The notes: generated by a model not told the origin, from the sequence alone. Positions 29,349-39,651 are shown, counted from the first letter of the stretch. The stretch: DNA of 64,000 nt from Candidatus Cloacimonadales bacterium (GCA_963662655.2 CAXXTU010000002.1:1440001-1504000), one strand, 5' to 3'. Numbers and translations: made by a program.

Positions 29349-30977
29349 ATGAACCTCTCCCTCATCGCGATCAACAGCCGGTTCACGCACTCGTGCCCGG
29401 CTCTATACTACTTGAAAGCAGCGGTTAGACACCTGCCCGTCCACGTAACGCTTCAGGAATTCACCATCCATCAGCAAGCAGTCGAGATGCTTGCGAAAAT
29501 CAAACACGCCCAGCCGGACGTTGTGGCCTGCTCGATTTACATCTGGAGCGCTGCGATCTTCAGAGAGCTGATCCCCGCGATTCAAGCCGTTCTGCCGGAT
29601 ACGCGGATGATACTGGGCGGACCGGAGGTCAGCGGGAATCCCGGATACTGGAGAACGCTCGCAGGTGACGATGCTTTCATCGTCACGGGATTCGGCGAAA
29701 GACCTTTCCGCGAGCTTGTGGAATCCCTATCTTCCGATGAGGCGAATCCGGCAAACATGAGCAAGAACCTCTTCGATCCAGAGCCCGACTTCGCGTCGCT
29801 GCCCTTCCTCTATTCGGAAAACGACATACAGGAGCTCAAGGGAAAATACATCTATTACGAAGCCAGCAGGGGCTGCCCGTTCCAATGCGCGTACTGCGTC
29901 TCCTCGCATCACAATCTGCAAAAGCGCGGTTTGGAAAAGGTTTTACCGGAACTGGCACGGTTTGCCGAGTATCAACCGTCCATCGTGAAGCTGGTCGATC
30001 GCTCCTTCAACGCGGACCCGGATTACGCGTACGCAATATGGGAATACCTGATCGAGTTGAACCCGCAAACCCGTTTCCACTTCGAAGTCTACCCCGCGCT
30101 ACTGCGCGAGAAGGATATCCGGCTCCTCGCAACCGCCCCCGATCACCTGTTCCAGTTCGAGATCGGCATCCAGTCGACCCACGACGAAATCCTGCGCGGC
30201 GTGAAGCGCTACGAATCCTGGGAGAAAGTACATCCGCTACTGGAGAGATTGATCGCCCCTGGCAACATCCACATCCATCTCGATATGCTCTGCGGCTTGC
30301 CGTTTCAAACCACCACACATATCCGAACGAGTTTCAACCGGATTTTCCAGCTTCGGGCCGACCACTTCCAGATGGGATTCCTTAAGGTACTTCCAGGTAC
30401 GAATGTTTTTGAGGATGAGAGCGATTTCGCGTGCTTCCGCGAGGCCCCGTACCACATTCTCAAGACCCGTTGGCTCTCGTTCGACGAGATATCCCAGCTC
30501 CTTCGCATTGCCCGATTACTCGACCTCTTTTGGAATAGCGAGAACTTCCAGACGACCGTCGGGGAACTGGTTTCCAGAGCTTCATCCCCGTTCGATTTCT
30601 TTGTCGAGCTCCTTGATTGGTGGGATCGGCAAAACATCTCCCTGCAAAGCGCTACATGGCAGGTGATGGGCAAGTATCTCGCGGCGTACATCGACGACGA
30701 TCCCTACCTCATCGATTGCCTGCGTTGGGACTGGTGCAAGATCGCCAACAGCCACTGGTTTCCCGAGTATTTACGCGCCCGGGAACTCGACAAGCGAGCG
30801 ATCATAGAAAAATTACATCGATTTTACAAAGAAATCCCTTTACAACAACTGAAGAAAGCTGTCATTTTCGAACCTGAAACTGAGGATTTCCGTCTGCGCG
30901 TGATGGACGGAAGAAGGTATGCCTGTTTTATTCCCGGAAGTACAGGTAAAATAACACGATTCCTCGATGACGAATGA
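29349..30977 (+). CDS. B12-binding radical SAM protein (DUF4080 type)
   Basis: N-terminal B12-binding-like region (SIYIW..LGGPEVS); YYEASRGCPFQCAYC (CxxxCxxC); FEIGIQS. Confidence 0.9.
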   Translation: MNLSLIAINSRFTHSCPALYYLKAAVRHLPVHVTLQEFTIHQQAVEMLAKIKHAQPDVVACSIYIWSAAIFRELIPAIQAVLPDTRMILGGPEVSGNPGYWRTLAGDDAFIVTGFGERPFRELVESLSSDEANPANMSKNLFDPEPDFASLPFLYSENDIQELKGKYIYYEASRGCPFQCAYCVSSHHNLQKRGLEKVLPELARFAEYQPSIVKLVDRSFNADPDYAYAIWEYLIELNPQTRFHFEVYPALLREKDIRLLATAPDHLFQFEIGIQSTHDEILRGVKRYESWEKVHPLLERLIAPGNIHIHLDMLCGLPFQTTTHIRTSFNRIFQLRADHFQMGFLKVLPGTNVFEDESDFACFREAPYHILKTRWLSFDEISQLLRIARLLDLFWNSENFQTTVGELVSRASSPFDFFVELLDWWDRQNISLQSATWQVMGKYLAAYIDDDPYLIDCLRWDWCKIANSHWFPEYLRARELDKRAIIEKLHRFYKEIPLQQLKKAVIFEPETEDFRLRVMDGRRYACFIPGSTGKITRFLDDE

Positions 30978-30983
30978 GGTACT

Positions 30984-31658
30984 ATGACCAAAGAAATAAC
31001 GTTTGCCGAAGAACTCCTGCTTCTTGCGATCAACGACGAGAAGGGCTCCTTCGTGGAGATGCCCTCCATGGCGCTGGAATACGCCCTTGCCGGAGCGATC
31101 CTGATGGACCTCGCTTTCCTGAACCGCATCGACACCGATCTGGAATTGCTGGAGGTTATCGATACAACGCCGACGCAGGATCGCGTTCTGGATGCGGTGC
31201 TTTCGAAGCTGACCAATCGCGAGAAGAGTGCCAAATGCTGGGTTCAGGAAATCGCCTGCAACTACGAGAATCTTAAGGATGTTCTACTGGATCGGCTGGT
31301 GGAGCGTGGCATACTGAAGCTCGAACACCACAAAATCCTCTGGGTGTTCTCCACGAGGCGCTACCCCATGATCGACAGTTCCCAGGAGACCGAAGTCCGC
31401 ACACGCATTCGTCATATCATCCTCACCGACGAAATCCCCGATCCCCGCGACGTGGTGATCATCAGCCTTGTCCAGGCCTGCGACCTGGTGGACGAGATAT
31501 TCGAGCCGAGTGAGCGCAAACAAGCCTATAAGCGCATCGTGCAAATCTCGAAGATGGACTTGATCGGCCAGGCAGTCAATCGGTCGGTGAAGGAGCTGAG
31601 CGAAATGCTTACCTCCACAACCTCCGCCGTCTCCGCCGTCAATCCGATCCGCGTATAG
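30984..31658 (+). CDS. GPP34 (GOLPH3/Vps74) family protein
   Basis: TFAEELLLLA, LAGAILMDL, LVERGIL and WVFSTRRYP. Confidence 0.85.
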   Translation: MTKEITFAEELLLLAINDEKGSFVEMPSMALEYALAGAILMDLAFLNRIDTDLELLEVIDTTPTQDRVLDAVLSKLTNREKSAKCWVQEIACNYENLKDVLLDRLVERGILKLEHHKILWVFSTRRYPMIDSSQETEVRTRIRHIILTDEIPDPRDVVIISLVQACDLVDEIFEPSERKQAYKRIVQISKMDLIGQAVNRSVKELSEMLTSTTSAVSAVNPIRV

Positions 31659-31764
31659 CACTTTGAACGAGCGCTATAGTTTCTCCTTCCTTCCACGAAT
31701 TCTTCTTGACTATTTTTAATCATATATATTACTCTTGAGCATATTGTATTTCATGGAGGGATTT

Positions 31765-33467
31765 ATGAAAGCTCAGTTCTTTATTTTGATCCTGATTCTG
31801 TTTCTCTCTCAACTCAACCTCTTCGCGGACGGCATCCAGCCGGACGGAGAGGGCACCGAAAACAATCCATACCTGGTAGCCTCGCTGGACAATCTTCTCT
31901 GGATCAGCACCAATCAAGATTGCTGGGCCTCTCATTTCTCGCAGACAGCGGACATCGATGCCTCCGAGACGCAAGCATGGAACGACTCGCTGGGATTCTC
32001 CCCGATCGGAAGTATCGCTCTTCCCTTTTCCGGAGTCTATGATGGAAACGACTACACCATCAGCGTATTATCGATTCATCGAACGGGTAGCCCGTACATT
32101 GGCATGTTCGGTGTTTGTACGAGCGATGCCGTGCTTACAAATATAGTCATTGAACAAGCCACCGTAGAAGGAAGCGGTTATGTTGGTATCCTTTGTGGCT
32201 CGAATGAAGGTATTGTTACAGCCTGCATGTGCTCGGGAATCTGCGATAGCAACGACGACCATATTGGAGGAATGGTTGGAATGAATAGCGGTGGCGAGAT
32301 TATTAACTGCGAGATGACAGGGCGGATTCGTTGTGCGTTTTTTTCTTTTCACGTGGGCGGACTTGTGGGCTCCAATACGGATAATGGAGTCATTCGGTAT
32401 TGCTCCACCAATGTCGAAGTAACAAGCCCCAACGCTGTAGGAGGCTTAGTAGGCTTCAACGATACAGGTGGATTGATTGAGGGTTGCGTTACCCGGGGAT
32501 CCATCGACGAAGGATACCCGGCAGGTGGCTTGGTCGGAGAAAACAGAACGATTATTCGCAATTGTATCAGCTATACCTCCGTAAATTCCACTTACAATTG
32601 GGCAGGAGGTTTGGTCGGGTGCAACTATGAAAACGCAGCTATCGAGAAGTGTCAGAGTTTTGGGAACGTTCATAGCACAGGTGTATGCGTCGGGGGACTG
32701 ATTGGAATGAATGCTAGTTGCTCCGTTATATCTGAGTGCAGTAGTTCCGGGACAGTTGATGGCAATGTATGGGTTGGCGGATTGATCGGATACACCGACG
32801 CGGATATCATCAATTGCTACAGCCGTGGTCAGGTATCTGGAGAAACCTATGTCGGTGGCCTGGTGGGAACGATAGACACATTATGTACCGTCTCCAACTG
32901 CTACAGCACGGGTGCGGTTACCGGAGATTCGCTTGTAGGCGGACTCGTGGGACAATCGCTTACGGGAACGGTGCAAAACTCCTACTGGAATACGGAAGCA
33001 TCCGGCCAGGACACCTCCGCAGGTGGTGAAGGCCGAACAACAGAGCAGATGACCACACCGCCTTACGCCATGACCTATCTGGACTGGGATTTCGAGGACG
33101 TATGGGCCGATGACGACCTCAACGTCAACGGCGGATTTCCCGTACTGGTAAACACGCCCGTATCGAATGGCGAGGAGACGAGCAGCGCGCCGTCACCCAT
33201 TTCGCTGAAGGTCTTCCCGAATCCGTTCAACCCGAGCACATCGGTGAGCTTCTCTCTCGCGCAGCCCTCGCAGGTGGCAATCGACGTTTTCAACATCCGT
33301 GGGCAGAAGGTGCGCAGGGTGGTCAATCAAAGTTCGAAGCGGGTAATCATCAATTGAGCTGGAACGGCAGAAACGATGGCGGAAAAACGGTCGCCAGCGG
33401 AATCTATCTGATCCGGCTTGAAACAGGGAAAGATGCGCGCACAACGAAGGCGTTATTGCTGAAATAA
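31765..33467 (+). CDS. Secreted GLUG-repeat protein with FlgD-Ig/T9SS-type C-terminal domain; frameshift near 33330
   Basis: Signal peptide; GEGTENNPY; many VGGLVG repeats; FPNPFNPSTSVSF. The annotated frame stops at 33357, but the alternative frame gives FEAGNHQLSWNG...SGIYLIRL...KALLLK* ending at 33467. Confidence 0.85.
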
Positions 33468-33512
33468 CCTGATTGCGCTCTTAGAAAATGCCTCTATCGG
33501 AAAATCGTTTAA

Positions 33513-34295
33513 CTAATCCCGATAGCAGCATTTACTGGCATCTTTCTTCGAGCACTGACGGATACAACGGCGACACTGAATGCAGTTCGGGCTCTCGATA
33601 GTCTCCAGATACCCGATATCGATTTGCATCGGGCAGTAGTTCATGCAGTTGAAGCAGTTCAGACTCGTCTGAATATTGCGGTAAATCTTGAGTCGCTTGA
33701 TTCCGAAGAATTTTCCCAGGTATTCCATCACGTTCATCAGCGCACCGAACGGGCACAGATAGCGGCAGAAAAAGCGCTCGATGTACAATCCGCCAATCAG
33801 AAGAGCAATCAGCGTTATAACTCCGGGAATCGCTATGCGCAACGGTTGCGAGAACGTCAGCACGGGGCAGAATCCGAAATACAAACGATGCAATCCGAAG
33901 AACGCGGCCACGATCGTGAACGCCAGAACAAGGTATTTGATCAGCGTAAGGTAGCGATGGAGCCAGTAGGGGATCGGGTGCTTGAATTTGGACTTGTTTC
34001 TTCTCAAGCAGAACAGAAGCTCTTGTATCGTTCCAAACGGACACGCATACCCGCAGAACGCCCTCCCCAGAAACAGCGATGCGACGGTGAATATCAGTCC
34101 CATTATGAGCGCAGCCGGGAAAAAGAGGATATGCACCTTGGGGTTCAAGCCGAACACGCCGAAGCAAACCTGGGAGTATGGGCAAAACTCGTGCGCCACC
34201 CCGTCCGTGACACCAAATGCCAGCAGGGCGATCTTGATCGTTATCAGTAGCAGAAAAACAATCTGCGTAATCTTGCGAATCTTCATCCATTTCAT
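33513..34295 (-). CDS. Membrane 4Fe-4S binding protein (NapH/MauN/YccM-like polyferredoxin)
   Basis: GRAFCGYACPFG, RFFCRYLCPFG, C-terminal CxxCxxxCP and CxxCxxCxxxC; several TM helices. Confidence 0.85.
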   Translation of the reverse strand: MKWMKIRKITQIVFLLLITIKIALLAFGVTDGVAHEFCPYSQVCFGVFGLNPKVHILFFPAALIMGLIFTVASLFLGRAFCGYACPFGTIQELLFCLRRNKSKFKHPIPYWLHRYLTLIKYLVLAFTIVAAFFGLHRLYFGFCPVLTFSQPLRIAIPGVITLIALLIGGLYIERFFCRYLCPFGALMNVMEYLGKFFGIKRLKIYRNIQTSLNCFNCMNYCPMQIDIGYLETIESPNCIQCRRCIRQCSKKDASKCCYRD

Positions 34296-34464
34296 AGTTA
34301 TACCTGTCCGGAAAAAAAACAAATCTCGTCTTCGAGTCAAGTATTTTCGGAGCCGGTATTTTCATGCCTGTGAATCGCATTCGTTTTCCCGGTAAATACG
34401 TTGCCAAATTTCTGAAGCGCCATTAATCTGGATTTGAAAGAATATGCAACTTCGGGAGGAGTCC

Positions 34465-36000
34465 ATGAAAAGATTTATCTGCATCCTGATTGGTTTGATG
34501 ATCGTTGCTTCGATGATCGCCATCGAGAAATACAAGGTTCCCGGATCCGTGGAGAGTTTGCTTGCCGACACAAGCATCGGGGCGATGGAACTGTACAACC
34601 GTCTTATAACTTTCAACCAGTTTCCCGACTGGGCAATCCGGGACGACATCGTCAGCCTGACATATCCTGTAAGCGATACGACGAACGCACCGTTTCATGT
34701 AAGAGTTCCCGCCTCTTACAGTCCTAGCCGGCCTGCGCCCGTTATCATTTACCTGCATGGCGGGGTAGGCGTTCCGTACTTCTACGAAGACTTCGAGAAA
34801 GAACTGAACGACTTCGGGTACATGGTAAACCCCTACAGCAAGGAATATATCATTGTGTACCCGCAATCGAAAAACGATTGCGAATGGTGGGACCCTGCAG
34901 GGCAGGATTTGATCATGGGAATCCTGTACTACCTGAAGAGCCAGCTCAATATCGACGATGATCGCATCTACCTGACGGGGGAATCGGACGGGGGCTCGGG
35001 ATCCTATCACATGGCCCTGACGATGCCATCCGCGTTCGGGGCGTTCATCCCCATCATCGGCATGATGACCGTGGGGAGCTACGAGACGCTTTCCGGCGTC
35101 TATCCCATCAACCTGACAAATCGCTCCCTGTATGCCTCCAACGCTGATCAGGATCGCCTCTATCCAGCCGCGGAGATGAGGAAAATGGTGCAACTCGCGC
35201 TGGATGCCGGGGTCAATATCACCTATAAAGAGTTCAACGGGTATGGTCATGACAGCAGCTTCATGGAGAAAGACCCCCGCTTCGCGTTCGAGTTCATGCA
35301 GCGTCATACGCGCGATCCGCTCGCGCCGCATATCTCCTGGGAAGCCGAGACAGCGGATTACGGTTCCTGCGACTGGATATCCATCGCGAGAATCGATACC
35401 TCAATGACCGCTCAGCCGTGGCACGTCACCTTCCAGGACAGCATTCAAAACCACCGACTGACCATCGGTTTCCACATCGACATGGATTACAAGGGCGAAG
35501 GCGTCCGCGTCAGCGCGATCGTCGACGGTGAAACCGTAGCCAACGCAATCGGACTTCAGGCGGGAGATATCATCGTCTCGTTCGACCACAAGAACGTCGA
35601 GAAGAACGATGACATCGAACACTACAAGAGCGAAACGGACTTCGGCAACCCGATCTCGCTGACAGTGATGCGAGGAAGCACAGAACTGACGCTCGAGGGC
35701 ACGCTCCCCGAGGCGAGCTATTTCAACGCCTTTTTCTATCCGAAGAAATCAGCGCGCGTGGATGCCGATTTCTACGCGAACTGCTTCGATATCAAGTCCT
35801 CCCGCGTGAAGGCGTTGAAAATCCGCATCCATCCAGACATGGTGAACATGCTCGATCCGGTGAAAGTCATTGTAAATGGGCATGAAGTCTTCAACGGCAT
35901 GGTTGAAGCCGATCGGGATTACATCAAGAATCAGTTCAGGGATAATTTAGATCGTAAAGCGCTATGGGTTAACGAGCTATACATCCCTGTGCATGAATAG
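34465..36000 (+). CDS. Secreted alpha/beta-hydrolase (esterase/peptidase-like) with PDZ domain
   Basis: Signal peptide; IIYLHGG; GESDGG nucleophile elbow; YGH; PDZ-like GLQAGDIIVSFD. Confidence 0.8.
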   Translation: MKRFICILIGLMIVASMIAIEKYKVPGSVESLLADTSIGAMELYNRLITFNQFPDWAIRDDIVSLTYPVSDTTNAPFHVRVPASYSPSRPAPVIIYLHGGVGVPYFYEDFEKELNDFGYMVNPYSKEYIIVYPQSKNDCEWWDPAGQDLIMGILYYLKSQLNIDDDRIYLTGESDGGSGSYHMALTMPSAFGAFIPIIGMMTVGSYETLSGVYPINLTNRSLYASNADQDRLYPAAEMRKMVQLALDAGVNITYKEFNGYGHDSSFMEKDPRFAFEFMQRHTRDPLAPHISWEAETADYGSCDWISIARIDTSMTAQPWHVTFQDSIQNHRLTIGFHIDMDYKGEGVRVSAIVDGETVANAIGLQAGDIIVSFDHKNVEKNDDIEHYKSETDFGNPISLTVMRGSTELTLEGTLPEASYFNAFFYPKKSARVDADFYANCFDIKSSRVKALKIRIHPDMVNMLDPVKVIVNGHEVFNGMVEADRDYIKNQFRDNLDRKALWVNELYIPVHE

Positions 36001-36060
36001 GCAGAAAAATCCTTTGCTTTGCGCAACTGTTTTCCTATCTTGTTCCGCAAGGAGTTGAAT

Positions 36061-36741
36061 ATGAAAAAGGACCTCATAATCGTTATCGGAGCTTACGGAA
36101 GCGGAAAAAGCGAATACTCGGTAAACCTCGCTTTCGAGAATCGGGACAATGATGTCGCATTGGTCGATCTCGATGTTGTGAATCCCTACTTCCGCAGCCG
36201 GGAAGTCCGAGACGAGTTCAAAGAGTACGGTATAGAAGTCGTAGGACCGGAAGGAAGCTATACGCATGCGGATCTCCCGATGATTTCCCCGCGGGTCAGG
36301 GGCGCGATCCAGCAGGAAGATAAATACGTTATTCTCGATGTGGGCGGCGACCCGAACGGAAGCCGGGCACTGGCAAGGTTCAAGCAGGAGATCATCGAGC
36401 GCGGCTATCACATGAAGCTTGTCATCAACACGCGGCGACCCTTCACTTCGAACGTGGAAGAAATACTCGGAATGGCCTCCATGCTTGAGTTTACCTCGGG
36501 CCTCACCGTCAACGAGTTCGTTTGCAACACGAACCTGATGGAATTCACCACCGGCGAAGTCATCCGCGAAGGCGTTGAACTGGTTCGGGAGGCTGCGAAA
36601 TTGAAGGAAGTGGAATTCAAAGAATACCTGGTGCTGGAGAAATATAAGGAGCTGATTCCCGAGCGTATCGGAGAAGAGCAACGCCACCTTCTCAAGTACT
36701 ACCTGAGAAAACCCTGGGAGCATTACGAGTCGGCGAAGTAG
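36061..36741 (+). CDS. P-loop ATP-binding protein of unknown function
   Basis: GAYGSGKSE, DLDVVNPYFRSRE, DVGGD and NTRRPFT. Confidence 0.8.
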   Translation: MKKDLIIVIGAYGSGKSEYSVNLAFENRDNDVALVDLDVVNPYFRSREVRDEFKEYGIEVVGPEGSYTHADLPMISPRVRGAIQQEDKYVILDVGGDPNGSRALARFKQEIIERGYHMKLVINTRRPFTSNVEEILGMASMLEFTSGLTVNEFVCNTNLMEFTTGEVIREGVELVREAAKLKEVEFKEYLVLEKYKELIPERIGEEQRHLLKYYLRKPWEHYESAK

Positions 36742-36785
36742 TTTCTTACGAATAGTAGTCTCGATTGAGATTCTGTGACGCTTTG

Positions 36786-36808
36786 GAGGGTGATAACGGA
36801 TCACCCTC
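36786..36808. terminator. Hairpin between convergent genes (possible terminator)
   Basis: GAGGGTGAT-aacgg-ATCACCCTC, a perfect 9-bp stem; no clear U-tract. Confidence 0.35.
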
Positions 36809-36900
36809 TGATGGGCCTTTAACTCGGAAACTGTTTCCTCTTTGCTTTTGATTCCAATTCTAACAAGCGTATCCGGGATCCACGAAGAACAAACGCGAAG

Positions 36901-38079
36901 TTAAATCAGGCCCACCTCTTTACCAACCTTGTAGAACTTGTCCAGCGCGAAATCGAGCTGCTTCCGGGTATGCGTCGCCATGAAACTGCACCGGATGAGG
37001 GTGTCGTTGGGCGCGACGGCAGGCGGAATCACAGGATTGATAAAAACGCCTTCCTCGTCGAGTCGCTTCCAGAGATGGAAAGCCGTCATCATTTCGCCCA
37101 CGTGCAGCGGGATCACCGGTGTGTTGGAGTATCCTGTATCGTAGCCCATCTCCTTGAAAGATTTGAGCATGTAGTTGGTGTTTTCCCAGAGCTTCTCGAT
37201 GCGTTCGGGCTCGCTCTTGATGATATTGAGAGCGGCCAGCACCGACGCAGCGGAAGCAGGCGGTAAAGAAGCGCTGAAGATGAGCGCACGTGAGAAGTGC
37301 TTCAGGTAATGTATGATATCTTCGTCCGCGGCGATGAAGCCTCCGACGGAAGCCAGCGACTTGCTGAACGTGCCCATGATAACCTCGGTATCGTCCACCG
37401 CGTCGAAATAGCGCGCGCAGCCTGCACCGCTTTCGTGCAGAACGCCCAGCGAATGTGCCTCGTCGATCATGAGCCCGAAATTGTACTTCTTCTTGAGCTC
37501 GAGAATCCGCGGGATATCGGCGATGTCTCCCTCCATGCTGAAAACGCCGTCGACCACGATGAGCGAATTTGCGCCCTCGGTCTTCTGAAGCGTCTTTTCG
37601 AGACTCTCGATATCGTTGTGGTTATAGCGCAGCATCTTCCCCATGGAGAGCCTGCACCCGTCGATAATGGAAGCGTGATCGAGCTTGTCCGTTACAATGT
37701 ACTCACCCTTGTTCACCAGTGCAGAGATGCAGCCTACATTCGCCTGATAACCCGTGGCGAAAACCAGCGCGGCATCCTTTCCCACAAATTCCGCCAGCTT
37801 CTGCTCGAGCTCGATGTGAATATCGAGTGTGCCGTTGAGAAACCGCGAACCGGCGCAACCGGAGCCGTACTTGTCGATGGCGTCCTGCGCGGCTTTCTTC
37901 ACTTTGGGGTGGGTGGTCAGGCCGAGGTAGCTGTTGGAGCCCATCATCAGCATCTTCTTGCCGTTGACGAGCACCTCGGTCTCCTGCTCCGTCGAAATAA
38001 CGCGGAAATAAGGGTAATAGCCCAACGCCATGACTTCCCGGGCTTTCTGGAAACTGTAACACTTTGAAACAATACTCAT
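36901..38079 (-). CDS. spt: PLP-dependent alpha-oxoamine synthase, serine palmitoyltransferase-like
   Basis: YPYFR, GSNSYLGL, GCAGSRFLNGTLDIH, DHASIIDG, DEAHSLG, GTFSKSLAS and FSAS; most like Bacteroidota SPTs as I recall them. BioF or Kbl is not excluded. Confidence 0.7.
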   Translation of the reverse strand: MSIVSKCYSFQKAREVMALGYYPYFRVISTEQETEVLVNGKKMLMMGSNSYLGLTTHPKVKKAAQDAIDKYGSGCAGSRFLNGTLDIHIELEQKLAEFVGKDAALVFATGYQANVGCISALVNKGEYIVTDKLDHASIIDGCRLSMGKMLRYNHNDIESLEKTLQKTEGANSLIVVDGVFSMEGDIADIPRILELKKKYNFGLMIDEAHSLGVLHESGAGCARYFDAVDDTEVIMGTFSKSLASVGGFIAADEDIIHYLKHFSRALIFSASLPPASAASVLAALNIIKSEPERIEKLWENTNYMLKSFKEMGYDTGYSNTPVIPLHVGEMMTAFHLWKRLDEEGVFINPVIPPAVAPNDTLIRCSFMATHTRKQLDFALDKFYKVGKEVGLI

Positions 38080-38093
38080 AGCAAATCCATTTG

Positions 38094-39161
38094 TTAGATG
38101 ATTTCAAACTCTTTCAGGTTTCTATACATGACCGTTATCAGTCCCCGCAGTAAGAAGAGAACCGGCACCGACAAAAACATTCCCAAAATTCCAAAGAGGT
38201 ACCCGCCGGCGATGACTGTCAACATTATTACTAACGGATGCATCTCCGTTTTGTTGCCGATAACAATGGGATAAATCAAGTTGTTGTCCAGCGCTTGCAC
38301 CAACGCCATGCCTCCACCGACCCACAAAAGCATGATCGGATTCTGACCGGAGATCAGCACGGACGACATCGCCAGCAGCGCTCCAATCCACGGCCCGAAG
38401 TACGGGATCGCGTTGGCGAATCCGGCGATAAGGCCGATCAGAAGCGAATACTGCACGCCCAGGGCCGTCAGGACGATCGTCGCGAGTATTCCCACGATGA
38501 TCACTTCGATCAGCAGCGCGCGGATGTACGTGCCGATGATCTCGTCGATCTTCTCGACCAGGATGATCGTCATCTCGAAATAGCGGTTGGGAATAACGCT
38601 CAGAAACCAGCTTTTGATCGATTCCTCGTCCTTCAGCATGAAGAAGCCCACGATCGGTATGGCGACAATGAACGACATCAGCGTTATAAACACGCGTACC
38701 AGATCGCCCAGGTTGGAAAGGATGCCGGTAAACTGCTTCTCGAAGAACCCGGTGATCTTCTCCTGCACCTGATCCATGGGAATGCCCAGCTTGGTCTCGA
38801 GCTGCCCGAAGAACAGATCGATCCGGTCAAAAATCTGGAAACGGGCCAGCGCTGCTCCGTCCTTCTGCATGAATTCCTTGTACGATGTCCAGATATCCTG
38901 CGCCTGCTCGATGATCATCGGAATCAGGAACCAGATACCGGCGAATATCAGCAGCATGAATGCGGAATAAACGATGATGATCGATAAAAGGCGGTGTACC
39001 TTCCAGCGCTCAAGCATGGTCGTAAGGGGCTTCAACAGATAGGCGAAAACCACTCCCGCCACGAGGTAAGAGAAAATCCGGGAGTAGAACAGCAGAGCCA
39101 GGATTCCGACAATCCCCAGCAGACCGTAGAAGACGATCCGGACTACTTTATTCTTTTTCAT
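38094..39161 (-). CDS. AI-2E family transporter (PerM-like)
   Basis: AYLLKP, IPYFGP, DNNLIYP and HPLVIM..GILGMFLSVP; multiple TM helices. Confidence 0.9.
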   Translation of the reverse strand: MKKNKVVRIVFYGLLGIVGILALLFYSRIFSYLVAGVVFAYLLKPLTTMLERWKVHRLLSIIIVYSAFMLLIFAGIWFLIPMIIEQAQDIWTSYKEFMQKDGAALARFQIFDRIDLFFGQLETKLGIPMDQVQEKITGFFEKQFTGILSNLGDLVRVFITLMSFIVAIPIVGFFMLKDEESIKSWFLSVIPNRYFEMTIILVEKIDEIIGTYIRALLIEVIIVGILATIVLTALGVQYSLLIGLIAGFANAIPYFGPWIGALLAMSSVLISGQNPIMLLWVGGGMALVQALDNNLIYPIVIGNKTEMHPLVIMLTVIAGGYLFGILGMFLSVPVLFLLRGLITVMYRNLKEFEII

Positions 39162-39651
39162 CGGTAAAACCACGCAGCTTCTTGTTGGTCTCCACAATGT
39201 TGTCGCTCAGGCGTTTCCCGAGTTCATATACGATCTTCACTCCGATGCGGGGGAATTTGTGGATGAAATCCTGGAAATCGATCTTCGAGACAGCAAAGAG
39301 AATCGTCGGCTGCGACGCGATCGCCGTCGCCGTGCGGTTGGTATCGATGAAGAGCCCGATCTCGCCGAAAAAAGATTTTTCCGGCAGCTCCGCCAGCTTG
39401 ATCGGTTCCGCGTCGCCCTCTTCCAGAACGATGTCGATATTGCCCTGCCTCACGATGTAAAGAACGGCGTGGGGGTATCCTTCGCGGAAAACGACTTCCC
39501 CGGGTTTGTATTCCCGTTGGTGAAGAAGCCTTGAAAATGTTTTAAGCTCAAAGTAATCCAGTTGTTTGAGAAATGCAATCTGTCGAAGGAACTTGGCTTC
39601 GAGCGTCTTGCCGTCCCTGTCCTTCGTTTTGAAGAGGCCAAACAAACCCAT
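39148..39651 (-). CDS. Cyclic nucleotide-binding domain protein
   Basis: VFREG, LYIVRQG, FFGEIGL and RTATA; no HTH. Confidence 0.9.
   Translation of the reverse strand: MGLFGLFKTKDRDGKTLEAKFLRQIAFLKQLDYFELKTFSRLLHQREYKPGEVVFREGYPHAVLYIVRQGNIDIVLEEGDAEPIKLAELPEKSFFGEIGLFIDTNRTATAIASQPTILFAVSKIDFQDFIHKFPRIGVKIVYELGKRLSDNIVETNKKLRGFTDEKE

Noticed and set aside
32170..32960. Repeated GGLVG-encoding segments as a CRISPR or DGR-type repeat
   Set aside because: Protein-level GLUG repeats with divergent nucleotides; no identical repeats, cas genes or reverse transcriptase.
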